Of a stretch of 64,000 nt of DNA, positions 40,940 to 52,489 are shown in pieces. Every line of letters begins with the position of its first letter. The first letter of the stretch is position 1. Location of the stretch: assembly GCA_051294375.1 (NCBI GenBank), contig CM119264.1:284148-348147 (forward strand), read 5' to 3'. Source of the DNA: Paraspadella gotoi. Lineage: Eukaryota; Animalia; Chaetognatha. Under the pieces are notes generated by a model. The model was given only the letters and a program-made list of their open reading frames with translations, was not told the DNA's origin and ran no database searches. Position numbers and translations under genes: made by a program.

Positions 40940-43161
40940 NNNNNNNNNNNNNNNNNNNNNNNNNTGGATTTACCTTCTTGACTAATTCAGCTTGGCGATT
41001 ACATGTAAAGCCATGTTCAAAACAATGTTTGACCTAATTTCTCTTTCTTGGCTTCAGCAATTACACACAAAACATAAAATCTTGATTGACCTAATTTTTT
41101 TCCCCTTTAGCTTCAGCCTAAAATGGCTACGCGCAGAGTCATGTTCAAAACGATGTTTGACCTAATTCCTTTCGAATTTTACATCGAGTTCAAAGAAAGA
41201 TTCGACCATTGTTCACAAGAACAGAGAAGCAGCTGAGAAGATCAAGAAGCTCGAGATATCGGAAGCGACAAGAGAAGACGAGATAAACTCAGAAAAATCA
41301 TTGTTGATTTTCAAAAACAGAGTGAAAAACTGAACTCACTTTAATCAATTTTTTTTTTAAACCGCCAAGTGAAGAGACTTACCGTTTCATTGAATTGCAC
41401 AATTTCGTTATTTGAAACCATTTCTTTCAGCCATCTTTCAATAATGTCTTCTCGAATTATCCAAATTGGAGGGGAATACATATGAACATTTAAAAGAACA
41501 TATTTCACCTCGTTTTAAAACGATTTCGAAAACGAATATAAACTATGGAAGGAAGGACGGAGATCAAGATGAACAACGCCGTCGACGAAGAGACACGCCG
41601 CCGTCTCCCGATCGGGTGGATCTCCGAAGAGGACGGGAAAATCTTTGCTCACATCGAGAAGGAGGCCTTGGAGGAAATCTACGTGATCGTGAGAGAGTTC
41701 TCAAACCTCCAACATCTGTTCCAATGATGGAAGGGAAACATTTGGACGATTTGGGATCCTTCTGGAACAAATTTACTCAGTTCCCATATTAAATAATGAT
41801 AAACCTTCATCTTGCAGATCCATTGAATTATTAAAAAGCAAGAACTATTCTTGTTAATATTTCTTTTATTACATACCTTTTTTTTCCTTCAGTCACTTTC
41901 CAGATAATGTCGACAACTCGTTCGCCGATTACCTCGACTCCTTGGCAGATGAACATCTCGCCGCAGTTAAAAACTTCATTCCGGAGCCGCTCAAAGAAGA
42001 ATTTGAAGCGTATACATGAAGTGGGCCGAGAAACACCAGAAGATAATCCACCGGTCATGGATATTATAATGGACGGAGGAAAGGCCCCAATTATCGCGCA
42101 ACTGCACGCAGACGCGATCAATGAACTCAATCGCATCATCATAGATTTCAGAAGCCGTCCAAACTAAAGTCAATCGGACTTATCGCTCATACTCCGCCAA
42201 AGATAAAATTTAAACTACCTTCTGATTGTTCATTCCATCAACTTTATTTAGAACTTACTCTTTCTTGGCGAATTTCATTTACCATTAAAACGTTTATTTA
42301 GATACTTACCTTGCTCAATGCCCAGGAAAAATCCATTGAAGAGATCCAGTCCGAAATCTCGAAAGAATGGAGAGAGTCAAGCTGATCAGAAACGATCAAG
42401 AAGAAATTTGAGTCGAGGCTCTCGTCTTCAGAGAATGGGAACTGAAAGCGAGACGAAAGAGAGAGGAAAAAGAAGAACGAATGAAATCCAGCAAGTCAGT
42501 CATGGCGTCTGAACTCTACAAGGACATCTGCGAATTGGAGAGTCGACGTCGACTGCAATGGAAGCAAAAGAAATAAACCTCAATACGCGGAGGTCTACGA
42601 CGAGATCGCAAGACGATCAAAGATCCTTGAAGACCAAGCCCGAAAACGTCTCATGGAAATAGACACCAAATAAACTTCAAAACATAGAGACAGATTTCGT
42701 GGAAAGTGAAGTATTGAAATATTTTTTCTAAATTTTTATTTTTCAAGTTCAACTTCAAATCATCATGGACGTTTTCCCGAGATCACGTGGATATATACGT
42801 AAAATATTTTTACGAGCTAAAGAAACAATAGAGAGAAAACTTTCTCTACCCAAGATATTTATAGTGAAATAATCACAAAAAGATTCCCCATCTAGGCAAG
42901 GAATGGGCAAAGAGAGCCATCAAGAAAAGATGCAATGGCTGAAAGGGACACTGATGATGAAGATGACGAATCTGACCTTGATCCACCTTTTGAGTCTTTT
43001 ATAAAATTTCTGGCATATTTGGACAACTGGCATAATTTGGTTAACTTGCTTAATTTGGTCAATTGGCTATTTTGGTCAACTGGCATAATTTGGTTAACTG
43101 CTTATTTTCAACTGCCATAAGTTTGGCAAGCAAGTTAACCAAATTATGCCAGTTGTCCAAA

Positions 43162-43419
43162 TTATGCCAGAAATTTTATAAAAGACTCAAAAGGTGGATC
43201 AAGGTCAGATTCGTCATCTTCATCATCAGTGTCCCTTTCTAGCCATTGCATCTTTTTCTTGATGGCTCTCTTTGCCCATTCCTTGCCTAGATGGGGAATC
43301 TTTTTTGTGATTATTTCACTATAAATATCTTGGGTAGAGAAAGTTTTCTCTCTATTCGTTTCTTTAGCTCGTAAAAATATTTTACGTATATATCCACGTG
43401 ATCTCGGGAAAACGTCCAT
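43162..43419 (-). CDS. Small protein (~85 aa) with acidic tail in mini-gene cluster
   Basis: MDVFPRSRGYIRKIFLRAKE...KEWAKRAIKKKMQWLERDTDDEDDESDLDPPF; present in all three copies. Confidence 0.55.
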   Translation of the reverse strand: MDVFPRSRGYIRKIFLRAKETNREKTFSTQDIYSEIITKKIPHLGKEWAKRAIKKKMQWLERDTDDEDDESDLDPPFESFIKFLA

Positions 43420-43511
43420 GATGATTTGAAGTTTGAACTTGAAAAATAAAAATTTAGAAAAATATTTCAATACTTCACTTTCCACGAAATCTGTCTCTAT
43501 TGTTTTGAAGT

Positions 43512-43875
43512 TTATTTGGTGTCTATTTCCATGAGACGTTTTCGGGCTTGGTCTTCAAGGATCTTTGATCGTCTTGCGATCTCGTCGTAGACCTCCGCGT
43601 ATTGTGGTTTTATTTCTTTTGCTTCCATTGCACGTCGACGTCGACTCTCCAATTCGCAGATGTCCTTGTAGAGTTCAGACGCCATGACTGACTTGCTGGA
43701 TTTCATTCGTTCTTCTTTTTCCTCTCTCTTTCGTCTCGCTTTCAGTTCCCATTCTCTGAAGACGAGAGCTTCGACTTCAAAGTTTCTTTCGTTGATCGTT
43801 TCTGATCAGCTTGACTCTCTCCCATTCTTTCGAGATTTCGGACTGGATCTCTTCAATGGATTTTTCCTGGGCCAT
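43512..43875 (-). CDS. Small coiled-coil protein (~120 aa) in mini-gene cluster
   Basis: MAQEKSIEEIQSEISKEWERVKL...MASELYKDICELESRRRRAMEAKEIKPQYAEVYDEIARRSKILEDQARKRLMEIDTK, pieced from three copies with different indels. Confidence 0.6.
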
Positions 43876-44026
43876 TGAGCAAGGTAAGTATCTAAATAAA
43901 CGTTTTAATGGTAAATGAAATTCGCCAAGAAAGAGTAAGTTCTAAATAAAGTTGATGGAATGAACAATCAGAAGGTAAGTTTAAATTTTATCTTTGGCGG
44001 AGTATGAGCGATAAGTCCGATTGACT

Positions 44027-44290
44027 TTAGTTTGGACGGCTTCTGAAATCTATGATGATGCGATTGAGTTCATTGATCGCGTCTGCGTGCAGTTGCGCGA
44101 TAATTGGGGCCTTTCCTCCGTCCATTATAATATCCATGACCGGGTGGATTATCTTCTGGTGTTTCTCGGCCCACTTCATGTATACAGCTTCAAATTCTTC
44201 TTTGAGCGGCTCCGGAATGAAGTTTTTAACTGCGGCGAGATGTTCATCTGCCAAGGAGTCGAGGTAATCGGCGAACGAGTTGTCCGACAT
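44027..44290 (-). CDS. Small helical protein, mini-gene cluster paralog B (87 aa; copies at ~41907-42167 + and ~60884-61144 -)
   Basis: Intact ORF MSDNSFADYLDSLADEHLAAVKNFIPEPLKEEFEAVYMKWAEKHQ...; shares H-x4-K-x2-I-x4-K-x2-FE-x2-Y-x2-W-x-E with paralog A. Confidence 0.7.
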   Translation of the reverse strand: MSDNSFADYLDSLADEHLAAVKNFIPEPLKEEFEAVYMKWAEKHQKIIHPVMDIIMDGGKAPIIAQLHADAINELNRIIIDFRSRPN

Positions 44291-44469
44291 TATCTGGAAA
44301 GTGACTGAAGGAAAAAAAAGGTATGTAATAAAAAGAAATATTAACAAGAATAGTTCTTGCTTTTTAATAATTCAATGGATCTGCAAGATGAAGGTTTATC
44401 ATTATTTAATATGGAACTGAGTAAATTTGTTCCAGAAGGATCCCAAATCGTCCAAATTTTCTCCTTCCA

Positions 44470-44757
44470 TCATTGGAACAGATGTTGGAGGTTTGAGAAC
44501 TCTCTCACGATCACGTAGATTTCCTCCAAGGCCTCCTTCTCGATGTGAGCAAAGATTTTCCCGTCCTCTTCGGAGATCCACCCGATCGGGAGACGGCGGC
44601 GTGTCTCTTCGTCGACGGCGTTGTTCATCTTGATCTCCGTCCTTTCCTTCCATAGTTTATATTCGTTTTCGAAATCGTTTTTAAAACGAGGTGAAATATG
44701 TTCTTTTAAAATGTTCATATGTAATTCCCCTCCAATTTGGATAATTCGAGAAGACAT
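44470..44757 (-). CDS. Small helical protein, mini-gene cluster paralog A (95 aa; copies at ~41444-41727 + and ~61325-61608 -)
   Basis: Intact ORF MSSRIIQIGGELHMNILKEHISPRFKNDFENEYKLWKERTE...; aligns ungapped to the neighbouring ORF. Confidence 0.7.
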   Translation of the reverse strand: MSSRIIQIGGELHMNILKEHISPRFKNDFENEYKLWKERTEIKMNNAVDEETRRRLPIGWISEEDGKIFAHIEKEALEEIYVIVREFSNLQHLFQ

Positions 44758-46099
44758 TATCTGAAAGATGGCTGAAAGAAATGGTTTCAAAATAACGAAA
44801 TTGTGCAATTCAATGAAACGGGTAAGTCTCTTTCACTTGGCGGTTTAAAAAAAAAATTGATTAAAGTGAGTTCAGTTTTTCACTCTGTTTCGAAAATCAA
44901 CAATGATTTTTCTGAGTTTATCTCGTCTTCTCTTGTCGCTTCCGATATCTCGAGCTTCTTGATCTTCTCCAGCTGCTTCTCTAATCTCCCGAACAATGAC
45001 ATTTCGTCATTTTCGTAATTTATAACTCTCTTTTTTGGTTGTTACCTAACGAACAATATGTTTTTCGAAGACCGGTTGTGTTGGTGACTCGGTCGATCGG
45101 TCGGTCGTCGTCGTTACGACACGTTTTCCTTCTTCCTGTTGCCCATTTCTCTAGAACGATCTTTTCGTAAACCGTTGACGAATTCGAACCGGTAAAGATG
45201 TCTGGTCGATACGAAGATAAAAATAAAAAGTATTTGTTAAAATTTTTTAGCAATTTTTAATTATCAGTGTGGGAGACGAGAAACTACTATGTACAGAAAA
45301 CGAAAAAATAGAGAAAACCGGTTTTTTTATGATTCTGTTGAGAGAAATACACCTAATCCATCATGTTTCATTATAAGAAAAGACACAAGAAACATTTTTT
45401 TAGGATTTTCGAAATGTGAAATATCATACAAAGAACTATTAGTAGATAGAATTTTGGTTAAACAAATACGATACAACAGGACTGTTAGTAGATTTTTGTT
45501 GTTAAATAGAGAAAAAGCAACAATTTTATTTTTATTTTTATTTTAAGTTTTTTTGGTATTTTTTAAATTTTGGTTAGTGAAATTACATATATACAACGAT
45601 TTAGAAACGTGGTCCGTCCGAAGTTTAAAATCTCTCAAATAGGCTGAACGAGAATTGCCTCGAGGCAAGAAGAAAAACTATATTAAAACGACCCACATTT
45701 CTAAATATCGTCCGGAAATACCGTGTATAATGTTAGAATGGGGATATAAGTATCGAAAACGAAGCGAGCTTCGCGTCTGTACAAATACATATATAAAATA
45801 TCTATAAACATTTTGGGAGGAGAGAGAGAAGAGAGGAGAGAAGCGAAAGAGAGAGAAAGAGAGAGAGGAGAGAGAGAGAAGAGAAGAAGGGGAGGTGGAC
45901 AAATTTTTGTAGTAAATTGTTTATATACACAATGTAGAGCATACAGCACCGAAACCATCAAATTATTGGTTAGTAAAAAATATTTTATATACAGAGAGAG
46001 AAGAGAGAGAGAGAGGGAGAGAGACCCAATGTTGTTAGTAAATATTTTACACAGGAGGAAAAGCGAGCAGAGAAGAGAGAGAGAGAGAGCGTGTACCGA

Positions 46100-47650
46100 A
46101 ATTAAAGACGGCGTCGGGTGTAAGGCACTTCGATGTCCGCGGCGACCTGCGTCTGCTTCCGCTTCCTCGGTCTTCGTTCGAAAAGTTCCGGATCTTCGTC
46201 GACGTCGTCGTCGTCGTCGCCTCGGTCTATGATGAGAGCCTCGATCGTCGTCCTATGCCTCGTCCTCTTCGTAATCGGGTTTTGGCGCGGTCGGTCGTCC
46301 TCTCGTCGTCCTCTTCAAATCCGGGGGCGCTCGTTCTTGCCGTGGAGGCGGATCCCGGGTTGGTGGATGGTGGTGGTGGTGGTGCGGTTTTCGTTTGGAG
46401 GAACGGGCGGATCCGGATTCTCGCTTGTCGGCTTCGATCGTGAACCTCCTGGGGTAGGATCTCCCCGCGTCGACGAGCCACTTTCGGCGCGTTTGGCGTT
46501 TCCGGGTTCCGATAAGAAGAAGCGCTCGGAAGACCGGATCTTTCTCTTTTTCAAAGGGAGGAGACGCTCCACCGGCCGAGTCTACTGAGCGGTCCGAGTC
46601 CGTTCGCGGAGAGGAGGAAGGATGAATAGGACGGTCGTTTCGTCATCGCGAACGCGCGGGATCGATCTCCTCCTCTCCTCCCTTCCTTCTCCTCTCCGGG
46701 AGGAACCGAAAAGAGAACGGTTCCTTGGCGGTCTTCTTCATCTTACCCGTCGCTCCTCCTCTCCTCCTCCTCGCGTCCACTTTCCGTCGTCGACGTCGGT
46801 CGTCGCGATCGCGTCGTCGATCGTCGGCGTCGGCGTGGTACCAATGTGTCGATGCGTACCGACGTATGAGATGGTTTCGCTTCGAATCGGGCAGAATTCC
46901 CAACGATAAGCTTGGGGGGCACGACTCCTTCCTCCCTTCGTCGTCCAAGGGGAGGAGGGAAGAGGGCCGCTCCTTGCCGGCCATCTCAGCGACCTGACCG
47001 CTCGCAGTCGTCGTTCTCTCTCGACGACTTTCTCTGATGAGAATGCTCGCCGTCCGCGGTCAGTTCGAGATCCTCCTCGTCTCTTCTTCCTCCTCTCCTT
47101 CGCTCCCCCACCGCCCTCTTCCGCCTTCCTCTTCTTCGAAGCGGGAACGGGGAACGGGAACTGGGAACGGGAGAACGGGGAACGGGGAGAACGGGGGAAT
47201 GTCGCGGCCATCCGGCCGCCCCGGCGCCGGCGCGCCAGCGCCGAGCCGAACGCCCGCCGCCTCCAGCGGCCAGAGTCAACGCCGAGCGCCCCGGCGGCCG
47301 ACACCGGCCGGAGGCAAGCTCTATCGTCGATTTCGAACGCTTTTTGCGCCTTTCCAGCGGAAGAGACGGGTCCTTTGGCGGCATTCCCGCTCCTTCTTCG
47401 TCGAGTCTGTCGTCTCGAACGGAGAGGACGAGTCCCGGGGGGCGCGCTCGCAAGGGGTCGGTCGGCAGAGACAGTCGCTTCTTTCCTTTTCTTCCCCCCG
47501 GACGCCGTGCGGAAGACGGCGCGAGACCGGAAGAGGCCGGAAGGCGCGGCGAACGCCGTCGGCGTCCGGAGCGACGGAGAAGCTGAGGAAGAGGACGAAG
47601 GGTGGTGGGAAGAGGGAGACGAGGCGGGCGGAGGGAGAAGAGAAGTGGTG
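46100..47650 (-). CDS. Disordered Pro/Arg/acidic-rich accessory protein of the Maverick (frameshifted)
   Basis: GC-rich block. Minus-strand fragments PVLPVPRSPVP, LLPLKKRKIR, APPPPPSTNP and DDDDVDEDPELFERRPRKRKQ, ending PYTRRRL-stop at ~46104. Confidence 0.45.
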
Positions 47651-49299
47651 GAGGTAAATCGTGAGGGGCGAAATTAGTTTTGTTCTTCCGAATTTTTCCT
47701 GGGAGCGAGACGACTTGGAAACGAAGGCTGAAGTCCGCCACAGAAGTTTCTTTCTTCGTAGACACCGACGGCGTTACGAATCAACTTCAATGATGGCACG
47801 GGGCGAAAAACATCCCTCTCTGGCCGGCGAGGTCAAAGTGCGCGGAATGCAGCGGGATTCGTGTCCGCCGTGAGGATCGATTCCCGGCACAGGTCGCAAA
47901 AAGGATTTGGTCTGTCGTCGCGATGGCGATGCTGACTTGGATCATCGAAGCTGCAAGAACTGCTCGATCTTCGGCGACGTCTCTCTCACTCTTAAATTCG
48001 TAACCCTTTATGGAAAAAGAGGGAGATTTGGGGGTGACGAGATGGCCGTGCCCGTACCCCGCGAAATGAACGTTATCCTCGAACGGGGATCCCTTCCCCG
48101 AAACTACCTCCGATAATCCTCGAGATGGATCTGGAGTATGAGCTATTTTGAGGGCGGAAAAAACCCTTTGCGGGACGGATCGTTTCTCCCCACCGACTCT
48201 ACCGGTGTACGAAGACCCCTGGTGCGGATAAGCGGGTAAAAAATCTCGCCTCTTTCCGGGTAAACAGCTCGTTGGCCGAGGCCCCCCCCCGCCCGCCGAA
48301 TATTATATAGATGAAATCGTCTTTCGTTCCGCAGTTCTCCGGCTGTCGTCGATATCGATTCAATGCGCCGCCCACTGAGTGTTTTCGCGCCAAGCTCGAA
48401 TTTCTTAATCGAATTATTGGGACAGCACGCACCAACTCGCCGAAGGAGATTCCCACGTTCTCTTGAAATAGCAGGCGTCACCTCCGTCGACGACATATAT
48501 TAATCTTCTCATGGGACCGAACGTGATCTACGGATCTTCGATAGGATCTCCACATATTCACGTTCGCCTCTTTTATACCGCTGGTTACGACGACGACTCT
48601 CTTTTTACTGTTCGCTCTCCTTAATCCGTTGCGGTATTTCACATAACAAGCGATAGACTCCACCGGGTCAAGGTTCCATTCTTAGGCGCATCCCCGTCGA
48701 GGATTATGATGTAAACAGTTCTGGCTGGAAGAGGTGGGCCCGAACGTCGACCACTACCTACAGCAGCTCGCAAAATCAGACACCGCTATCAACATCAGAG
48801 AGATTGGAGTCGGCGAGAATCGGGCGTCGTGTTTCGTACCCCGATCATGGGCGAAGTTGGGAAGGGCTCGCGCCGACTTTGATGACGACGGACTTGCGGG
48901 GATTTCCCTTTGAAAAGAAGAATCCGCTGCTTCCCTTGGAGCGCGATGTACGTCGCGTCTCCGTCCCACCACGCCGCGGCGGGAAAGTAAAGCGCCGGAA
49001 CGTCGACAGCCAAACAGGACGATGACGCGGTGAGAGAATTATCGTCAGAGAGAACGACGCAGAGAAGAGGAGTAGGGTTTAGAGTTTTACCCAGCATAGC
49101 GAAGCCGATTTCCGGTGCCGGAAAGCGCGAGCCATCGGCTTGGTCTACTTTGTTGTTTTCTGTTCTTTCTTTGATGTCGAAGAGAGAGAGAGCGGTAAAA
49201 GTTATTGAGATTATTGATTTTTTTTGTTTTTATATAAGCTGTAGATGATTCGATTCGATCGATCGATTGATCGGAGTTAGAGTCTTTTTTCTTTTTATA

Positions 49300-50150
49300 C
49301 ACAGCATTGTAACAGAAAATCGGCCCGAGTGGAAAGTTCGCCTACGCCCACGATCGATCTTAAAGAGAGAGGCGTGCCTGGCGGGTTTTCTCGGCGGGAA
49401 AGCGGCGCGCGCGAGGACGATAAAACGATGGAGAACGCATTATTTCTATTGTCTACCCGGCGTCAGAGAAATTCGAAAGATCGACGGCGAAATTGGGGGA
49501 AAGAATAGAGAGAGAGAGGAGACGTTATTATATATTATAGGACGGCGGTCGAGGTCGACGAAAGAGAGAGAGAGAGAGAGAAGAGAGAGAGGGAGTTTAC
49601 GGCGACGGAGAAATCGTTTTCGTCGAAGGATGGGCCCAGAGCGACGGCGGCCTTCTCTGAGAACGCCAGCGAAGGACGCCTGAGAGGTTTTGAGAAGTCT
49701 CGATGGTAAAATTAGATACTCTCCAACGAGAGAAGACATAGAATCTTTCGTTAGATTTAATAGGCGGGCATAAGTATCGCTAGTCGACTCACTTCGTTAT
49801 GCCGGCTCTTTGAGCGAGAGTGTTCTGTAGAGAACGCTAGATCCCGTCCTGGGAGCATACGAAGATACCGTTAAAGCGACTACAGAATTATATATATAAT
49901 CAGAGACTCTAGATACACACAGAGCAGCACCACGATCTATATATATACATATAGACAGCCGATTCTTTCCCTTTTCCTCTTTGGAGACCGCCGTTTGTTT
50001 GCCCCACGACCCGCCTCTCTGCGCCTGTCGTAAGAAGACATGCGATTATTATAGCGACTTGGTCCGGACGCCGAGCTCGATGTTTGCGGGTTCTTCGCGC
50101 ATATATAGCTTTCGAAGATGAATTTCTAGCACACATACATTCATAAGAAA
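49300..50150 (+). CDS. Unidentified accessory ORF in the Maverick
   Basis: Coding-like plus-strand reading (ORF 49267..49683, then VLRSLDGKIRYSPTREDIESFVRF...VLRAYIAFEDEFLAHIHS-stop), interrupted by an (AG)n tract. Confidence 0.35.
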
Positions 50151-50299
50151 GAAAAAATAAGAGAGAGAGAGAGAGAGAGAGCGCGTTGTAAAAAATTCGA
50201 AAAAAAAATTAACGGATGAGAGAAAATTATGTAATTAACCGAGAAATAAACGTCGTTTATATACGGTGTAGAAGTATAATATGTCATGTTTAATATTAC

Positions 50300-50630
50300 A
50301 TGCGGAAAAGTCTCTGGGAAGACTACAAAAAAATAGACAATGCTTCAACATCATTTCCATTGTATCAATTACGTTATATAGATTGCGACAACGCTTTCAG
50401 ATGGAATCGAGAGACGATACGGAGGGTCGACATCACGTTAGTAATTGATTCTATATATAGTGGCCGTCCAGCGCCTGAGGATGCTTTTGCGTGTTGTACT
50501 TAACAACGATTTAGTTCTAATAGCTACACCTTTATATAAAAAGAAGCGATCAACGGATCGGAAACTGCTAATTGCCGAGCGATGGGTATCCATGATGAGT
50601 CGTAGCGAGCGCAGCGATCGATGCGAATGA
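50300..50630 (+). CDS. Small unidentified accessory ORF convergent with the major capsid gene
   Basis: Overlapping ORFs 50300..50503 and 50445..50630 can be joined by one frameshift; non-repetitive composition. Confidence 0.3.
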
Positions 50631-50709
50631 AAAAGACAAAATGTCCGCTCGTTTTTTTCGCTTGAAATTTTTTCGTCGCTTCTGGAACTTCTTTCGCTGA
50701 AATTATTTT

Positions 50710-51994
50710 ACAGATATAATTAGGCAAGACTCGTCTCTGAGAATTTATGAAGCTTTCAGCGATAAAAATAGAATATACCAAAAGTTACTATTGTTGGGGA
50801 GATCCGGCGCGAATTCAGCGTTAATTGGCCCGGCGCGAATTGGGTAAACAGTGAAGTGGGGCGACGTGCTGGGCATCGAAGTGGTGCATATCAACGTGTA
50901 CCCGCTGTCGTATCTTTCGTAGTCTATGCATAAGGAATCCTTGAATAATGCCACTCGCTGAAATAACGATAGAAAGCCTTCGATCCAATCGTGGCGCCGT
51001 CGTCGATCCGAATCGGAAGGTGAAACCATTCGGACGGAAGTATTTTTTCCAGAAATCTGAGATACCAATTTTTTTTAGGTTGCGATGTTGAAATAGTATG
51101 GCGACTTTAAGAAGTTACCTCGAACGCATCGGCGTCGACGATGCCGACTATGGCACTTGAGGGACCTCGTTTTTCGCGAAAACGTCGTTGAAGGAAAAGA
51201 TCTTCTACCGCAAGGTAAGCTGTATTCGAAAGCATCGGCAATATTTAATTCGTACCTAGCATTTTTTTCGCCAAGTCGTTCCATCTAGGTTATAACTCGG
51301 TTCACGACGACCTGTTTGAGCATGACGGACATGTCGATGATTTCGTATTGAAGCTACCGTCCTCTATGTCCGAAGTATGGGGAAGGCGTCGACCTGTCTT
51401 TCGTAGGCATACTCACTCCATCATGGAAAGCATCAATCGCGTGCAGAAAGGGCGAAGCTGTGGAGAAGGGGGCTACGTATACGGCTACGTGGGAAAGCTT
51501 TGTGGTTTCCAGGCTTCCTGAAGCCGGAAAATCCCGGTCCGCTCGTTAGTACTGGGTTACTCTCGTAATAACAACCTATAAATTTCCTTCGTTCTCAACA
51601 TTGTTTATCCCATGTTCATTAACATGGTCAACACGAAGTATACCATGCAATTATACCTGCGCGGTTAAAGACTGCCCTCCTAAACGAATATCCAAATTTT
51701 ATAAAAATTGAGGCCTTGGTATCTGCGTGAAACCGACCGAAGTGTTGCCGCACGCCTGCGACGATAGGCATATATCCGCCTTAGTGATTTAATGTGTAGT
51801 TTCATTAGGAATCTCCGAAATCATGAATTCGTTCATGGCTCTCGCGAAGACATCTGGGAAGACTTGGGCGAGAGAATTGAGGCTTTAACTCAAAAAGTAA
51901 GCGCACTGTATTGATGATCCACTATGCTCTTGTCAAACACGTTCAATCTTCGTCCCGCATGTAGTGGCCGGAATGTTTCATCAGCCAGCGCCAT
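50710..51994 (-). CDS. Maverick major capsid protein (double jelly-roll, PY/hexon-like; frameshifted)
   Basis: MALADE..LNVFDKS..EFMISG, NLDIRLGGQSLT, KNARYELNIADAFEYSLPCG..GNFLKSPYYF (ORF 51075..51284), EGFLSLFQRVALFKDSLCIDYERYDSGYTLI..AEFAPDLP (ORF 50745..51068), ending VYSIFIAESFINSQRRVLPNY. The order matches Maverick MCP motifs AKYP, NPFxF, GYTLFxFDL and VYAEF..I...RxV..DY. Confidence 0.9.
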
Positions 51995-52009
51995 TTTCCC
52001 TCTTTCAAT

Positions 52010-52482
52010 CACTCAATCTTTTCCCCGTCTTCCTTTTTTTTTTTTACTTTGTTTTTCTCTTTCCGCCTCCTAGACCGCAAAGACCCTTTTAATTTTTTAC
52101 TCTTACTTTTGATTTTTTCTTGCCTCTCCGGTCGAGTTGGACTCTCTACTGCCGGGTGAACCAAAGGCGTGTGCTTTATAACCCGCCGCTCTCGTAGAGC
52201 TCCTTCCCTCTTTCGTTAGCTATTTTTTTATATTTTTTATTGGCGCTCTTTACTCCTTGTGTCAAAACTCTCTTTCATGTTTTTCCTCTGGCACGATCGG
52301 TTAAAAATCGACCCCCGCCCTATCCCCTCTTCAGCCAGGTTCTTCATCGCTTCTACCGACGGGAGAAGTAAGGATCTCAAGGCCGGAGAGAATTACGAAT
52401 TGCCTATTGGATCTGAGGATGAACGAAACCCGACCCTAACTGGTTTCTCCTGGCGAGCGGAGGGGGCTAAAGAGAGCATCGT
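52010..52482 (-). CDS. Basic QxGxG-motif Maverick protein upstream of the major capsid (putative core or membrane-active virion protein)
   Basis: Joined reading Q.GSGF..LRSIG...PALRSLL.PVG..AMKNLAEEGIG...DRARGKNMKESF, followed by a K/R-rich tail. The position between penton and major capsid is typical. Confidence 0.55.
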
Positions 52483-52489
52483 TGGTGGT

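Noticed and set aside
47650-49140. Possible second, divergent major capsid gene on the minus strand
   Set aside because: A few segments loosely echo MCP motifs (VDVPA..DATYIALQGK, KEARFFTRL, GIP.RITF), but the C-terminal GYTL/VYAEF motifs are absent and the plus strand has equally plausible open frames. Left unassigned pending HHpred.
50050-50593. Adenain-like cysteine protease downstream of the MCP
   Set aside because: The minus-strand start MDTH..LAVSDPLIASF resembles protease N-termini, but no HW or Q..S..CG motif can be read and there are many stops. The plus-strand ORFs are more open.
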